Assembly: GCA_963792585.1 (NCBI GenBank)
Contig: CAWBWI010000001.1
Location: forward strand, 1,056,001 to 1,120,000
From: Candidatus Eiseniibacteriota bacterium
Lineage (GTDB): Bacteria > Eisenbacteria > RBG-16-71-46 > CAIMUX01 > VGJL01
Direction of reading: 5' to 3'
Length of the DNA: 64,000 bases
How positions within the stretch are numbered: the stretch's first letter is position 1; every line of letters starts with the position of its first letter. The notes under the pieces are model-generated. The model did not search any database. It was not told the origin of the DNA and saw only the letters and a list, made by a program, of their open reading frames with translations. Position numbers and translations under genes: made by a program. Positions 57,716-64,000 of the stretch are shown one piece after another.

Positions 57716-60009
57716 CGCACTCGCCGGTTGCCCCGGTAGACCAGCAGCGGCGTCCCGTTCCTGCGCCTCCCCAGCTCGTAGCGCAGCGCGTGCGGCGCCG
57801 TGCCCCCGATCTTCACGTGGCCCCGGTGCACGCCATGCTGGTGATGACCATGACAGAGGACGGCGAGGTTGCCCGGATCGTTGCTCCCACCTTGCGAGCG
57901 CGGCTTGATGTGGTGCGTCTCGAGATGGTCGCGCCTCGTGCAGCCGGGGACGACACACCGGTAGCGGTCGCGTTCCAGGATCTTCACGCGCACCGGGACC
58001 CGCTCCGGATCCTGTTGTTCCCAGATCTCCTTCACCTCGGAGAAGAGCATCGCCATCGCTGCCCACTCGGGCATCCGCGGGATCCGGCCCGGGTGCCTCT
58101 CGGTGGGTTCCTCGCGTCGGTATGCCCACAGAACTTGCTTCAGATCGATGTAGGTCTGTCTCGGGAGCGGGAAGCGCGTCCACGTCTCCGCCCGCTGATA
58201 GGCTAACGTTTGCCGGTCCGCTTCACCGGTCTCCGGGACCTCCTCCCAATGACGGAGCGCGAGGAGCTGGACCATCGTCTCCAGACGATCCATCAAGATG
58301 GGGTTCTCGGCCGGGTCGGTCGGGCCGCCAGGCGGGAGCGGAGGGATGCCCCTGAGCCGCAGCGACTCCTCGATCGCCTCCCGGTCCCCGCCCAGCGCGG
58401 CGACGAGGGCTTCCTCGATGTCCCCCTTCGACAGCGGCCGCAGCGCGTGCCTGCCCAGGTCGCACGTGCGCATGAGCACCAGCAGGCGGTACTCCCGCTG
58501 GAACTGCCGCCAGGTGGTCTCGCGCGCGCGCTCGATGAACTCATCGACATCCTCGGTGTGCTTGAGCTGCCGGATCAGGTGCGCCTGCATCGTCGAGATG
58601 CGTCCCGTCGCGAAGGCATGTTCCATGGCCGCGCTGCCCTCGAACATCAGCGACTCGGCCACCCGGATGCGCGCCGAGCGCTCGGAGATCTTCAGCAGGT
58701 CCTCGACCATGCGGGCCACGGAGGAATAGCCGAGCAGCTCCACCGCCCCGACACGGCGCAGATCGCGGATCAGATGCGCGAGCAACACTTTCCCGGGGGC
58801 GCGCAGCAGTTGGATCTGGCGCAGGATCAGGAGCGCTTCCTCCGGTGACCCCGGCTCCTCGGTTCGATCGATCTGCTCGACGTCCTCGAGGTACTCGGCC
58901 ACGAGGGCGAGGGTCTGTTTGGCATGCGCGATCGCCTCGGGACGGACGGGGATGGCCACCGGCGGACGTCTCTCGATGACCGGACCCAGCGCGGGCCGCC
59001 TCGGAGGCGGGCCGTCCCCGCCGATTCCCGGCCATGCGACCTCGGCGAGCATCGCCTCGATGCACTCGTGGATGGGCGCCTCGTGGCCGAGGACCATGCG
59101 GGTGCGCTCCATCATCTCATCGAAGGAGACCTGGAACCCGAGGGGGTGCTTGAAGGCGAAGGGGACCATCTCGGGGTCGTCGCAGTGTTCATCCACGAAA
59201 ATCGAATCGGGCACCGGGGCCTCATCCTCATCGCGTTCCCATAGCTCCTTTTCCAGCGCCGCCAAAGCTCCGGCCGACATCGACTCCTCATCCTCCGTGC
59301 AGGCGATTTCCCCCCTCTGCCCCGCCTCCGCCCGCCTGCGGGCGCGCTCTTCTTCGCTTCGCGCCCGATAGCGGAGCTGGTCCACGGGGACCGCGCTAAT
59401 CCTCTCGATGAATGCTCGAATCAACTCGTCAGGAACGGGAAGCGCCTCGATGAGCCGGGCGATGTAGGGGAGCTGGCAGGCGCTGATCCCGCCACCGAGG
59501 AAGGCCCGTTCGAGCTCGGGGTGCTTCGCGAGCACGCGGTGCAAGGCAAGGCGGGATCGGGTCGTGCGCGGCCGCAGGCCGAGCGTCTCGAGGGCGAGGC
59601 TGCTGATGGAGGAGAAACCGCAGCGCTGCACGCGTCCTCCCTCGGAGAGCCAGGCGAGCATGCGCGCTTGCGAGCGGACGAATCGTGCCTCGGCGTGACG
59701 CGTGGAGAGGGTCGCCGTAGTGAGCGAGCGAACCAGCGTGGCGCTGGCGAGGGTGGGTCCAGCGGGCTGCGTAGCGGGCCGAGTAGCAGGCTCCTGAACG
59801 GGCTGCTGAACAGGTTGGGTGGAGGGCGATGCGATGGAAGTCGATGACACGCCATCCCCCGCGGACTCCTCGGCGTGCGACGATGCGTCCCCGGAGCGCG
59901 CAGCATCGTCCGCCCCGTAACGAGGAGTGTCCTCGCGACAGGTCCACGCGTGCGGGAACCCGCGCTCCACGCGGCTTTCCGGTGGGTATGTGAGGGTGGG
60001 TGCGGCCAT
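57697..60009 (-). CDS. DUF222-like HNH endonuclease
   Basis: C-terminal RDRYRCVVPGC..HHIKPRSQGG..NLAVLCHGHH; two copies of a G(F/Y)SS..L....AF..G.IS helical module. Confidence 0.85.
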   Translation of the reverse strand: MAAPTLTYPPESRVERGFPHAWTCREDTPRYGADDAARSGDASSHAEESAGDGVSSTSIASPSTQPVQQPVQEPATRPATQPAGPTLASATLVRSLTTATLSTRHAEARFVRSQARMLAWLSEGGRVQRCGFSSISSLALETLGLRPRTTRSRLALHRVLAKHPELERAFLGGGISACQLPYIARLIEALPVPDELIRAFIERISAVPVDQLRYRARSEEERARRRAEAGQRGEIACTEDEESMSAGALAALEKELWERDEDEAPVPDSIFVDEHCDDPEMVPFAFKHPLGFQVSFDEMMERTRMVLGHEAPIHECIEAMLAEVAWPGIGGDGPPPRRPALGPVIERRPPVAIPVRPEAIAHAKQTLALVAEYLEDVEQIDRTEEPGSPEEALLILRQIQLLRAPGKVLLAHLIRDLRRVGAVELLGYSSVARMVEDLLKISERSARIRVAESLMFEGSAAMEHAFATGRISTMQAHLIRQLKHTEDVDEFIERARETTWRQFQREYRLLVLMRTCDLGRHALRPLSKGDIEEALVAALGGDREAIEESLRLRGIPPLPPGGPTDPAENPILMDRLETMVQLLALRHWEEVPETGEADRQTLAYQRAETWTRFPLPRQTYIDLKQVLWAYRREEPTERHPGRIPRMPEWAAMAMLFSEVKEIWEQQDPERVPVRVKILERDRYRCVVPGCTRRDHLETHHIKPRSQGGSNDPGNLAVLCHGHHQHGVHRGHVKIGGTAPHALRYELGRRRNGTPLLVYRGNRRVRGPFEP

Positions 60010-60018
60010 CCGGAGTGT

Positions 60019-60048
60019 ATACTACCAAACGTATGTTCGGTTCCGCAA
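60019..60048 (-). promoter_or_regulatory. Promoter containing a LexA/SOS-box-like palindrome
   Basis: TTGCGG-N18-TAGTAT with extended TG; CCGAAC-ATAC-GTTTGG (60025-60040) in the spacer; ATG begins 10 nt after the -10. Confidence 0.6.
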
Positions 60049-60339
60049 GAAGAAAGTGAAAATGCTCGAAGGAAAGATTGCGTCAGCACGCGACCGGCCG
60101 CGGTCTCACATGGCCGAAGGAGGTGTCCGGTCTTCCGACACCGTCAGTCACTTCGCGGGCAGCCTTCGCATGGGTAGTATTCGCTGCGCAGTGCATCAAT
60201 CGAGCACGATGACACGGCCCACGCCACCCATTCCACCAGCCTGCATGCGGACGAACCACACCACGACCGCCGCGCGTTGCCCCTCGCGGGTTTCACCGGA
60301 CCAAGTGGTCGTCCTGCCCGAAACGAACGGAGCCGACCG

Positions 60340-60640
60340 TGCTGCAGCGCCCACGCCGTGTGGTTCACCAGGACTTCCATCGGGCCATCTCCATCCACGT
60401 CCATCAGGTATGAGGTGACGAAGAGGTCCGTCTGGTCCCCCAGCGGGAGTTCCCACTCGACCGCGCCGGAACTTGCGTCGTGACACACGATCGCCGAGTT
60501 CGATTCCGAGGTCGGCCATGTAAAGAGGATCACCTCGACGGCCCCGTCACGATCCAAGTCTCCCAGCACAGAGGCCGCGCCCTGCTGATGCTCTCGGTCA
60601 CCCACACCAGCCAGTTCGAGCGGCAGAAACACGCGATCGA
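60340..60640 (-). pseudogene. Remnant with FG-GAP/VCBS-like motifs
   Basis: GDLDRDGAVEVI and MDVDGDGPMEVLV in one frame; no convincing start or signal peptide. Confidence 0.35.
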
Positions 60641-60697
60641 GGGCGCTCGGAATCTGCGCAGACGTGTCCTCGGCGCGTTCCCAAAGGCAATCGTGGG

Positions 60698-60982
60698 CTA
60701 CAGCATCCGATCCACCTTCCAGACGACCATCCGCATTGCGCTCCGGCACTCGGAGCAGGAAGCGTCGATCGCGGCGAGCAACTCGTCGACCTTCCCTTCC
60801 TCGACCACCGTGAAGATGATCGAGGAAGATTCCGGAAACGCGCGCGATCCCAGCCGCGGCCCGGACGTCCCCGTTCCGTAGACCGTCGGGATCTCCGTGT
60901 ACCCAAGGACGTGCTTCTCGGAGAGGGCGGCTTCGAGCCGCTCCTTGTGATCGCTCTGCACGATGATCATGAGCATCTGCAT
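60698..60982 (-). CDS. PG0541-family PII-like transporter-associated protein
   Basis: GYT..VYGTGTSGPRLGS..FP motif; downstream of an RND pump. Confidence 0.75.
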   Translation of the reverse strand: MQMLMIIVQSDHKERLEAALSEKHVLGYTEIPTVYGTGTSGPRLGSRAFPESSSIIFTVVEEGKVDELLAAIDASCSECRSAMRMVVWKVDRML

Positions 60983-61002
60983 GCTCGCGGGCGCTGCGGT
61001 GC

Positions 61003-61191
61003 TCACTCCCGCACTCCAGCCTTGCGAAGAATCGAGATCATCGGACACCACTTCGTGAAGGCCGATTGCAGCAGGTTCAGCCCCACGAAGGCCGTGAAGA
61101 GGAAGAAATACGGGCTCACGAAATGTCCCAGCGCCACCGAGGCAAGGACGAAGAGGCCGGCAATTGCGCGAAGGGCTTCATTGAGAGTCAT
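61003..61191 (-). CDS. DUF2892 (YgaP-like) membrane protein
   Basis: LR.IAG..FVGLNLLQSAFTKWCPM. Confidence 0.85.
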   Translation of the reverse strand: MTLNEALRAIAGLFVLASVALGHFVSPYFFLFTAFVGLNLLQSAFTKWCPMISILRKAGVRE

Positions 61192-61194
61192 GTG

Positions 61195-64000
<2,806 letters not shown>

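Overview
A 64 kb GC-rich bacterial chromosomal window. It is probably from a long-read metagenome assembly, because several conserved genes carry clustered indels that look like consensus errors. The gene content (FlgD-Ig C-terminal domains, 'TWGxIKxLYR' C-terminal tails, a SprA-like protein, LpoB/COG3014) suggests an FCB-associated candidate lineage such as Ca. Eisenbacteria or Latescibacterota; this is inference. From left to right: (1) four tandem paralogous secreted proteins, each with its own terminator, three of them with a sigma70 promoter and a conserved structured ~180-nt leader; (2) envelope and housekeeping genes (beta-helix protein, COG3014, lpoB, GT2, NUDIX, acyl-CoA dehydrogenase, SDR, AsmA-like, cupin, L,D-transpeptidase, single-domain receiver, gdhA, receiver-PEP/pyruvate-binding protein); (3) an ~18 kb cluster with four Tat-leader DUF362 proteins, two DUF6599-like proteins, a Pat-type acetyltransferase, a ~1390-aa SprA-like outer-membrane protein and four FlgD-Ig-tailed proteins, ending at tRNA-Glu; (4) rarA, galE, a promoter-driven rod-like ncRNA candidate, and a histone-H1-like gene behind a PAS kinase/NtrC/sigma54 module; (5) HIT, beta-CASP and a surface-glycan locus; (6) a DUF222-like HNH nuclease with an SOS-box-like operator and an 18-bp tandem array at its 3' end; (7) a PII-like/DUF2892/RND efflux operon cut by the window edge. 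The best candidates for new biology are a T9SS-like export and sorting system with two classes of C-terminal signal, three candidate structured RNAs, and the SOS-linked HNH/repeat unit. Family names come from recalled sequence motifs, not from database searches.
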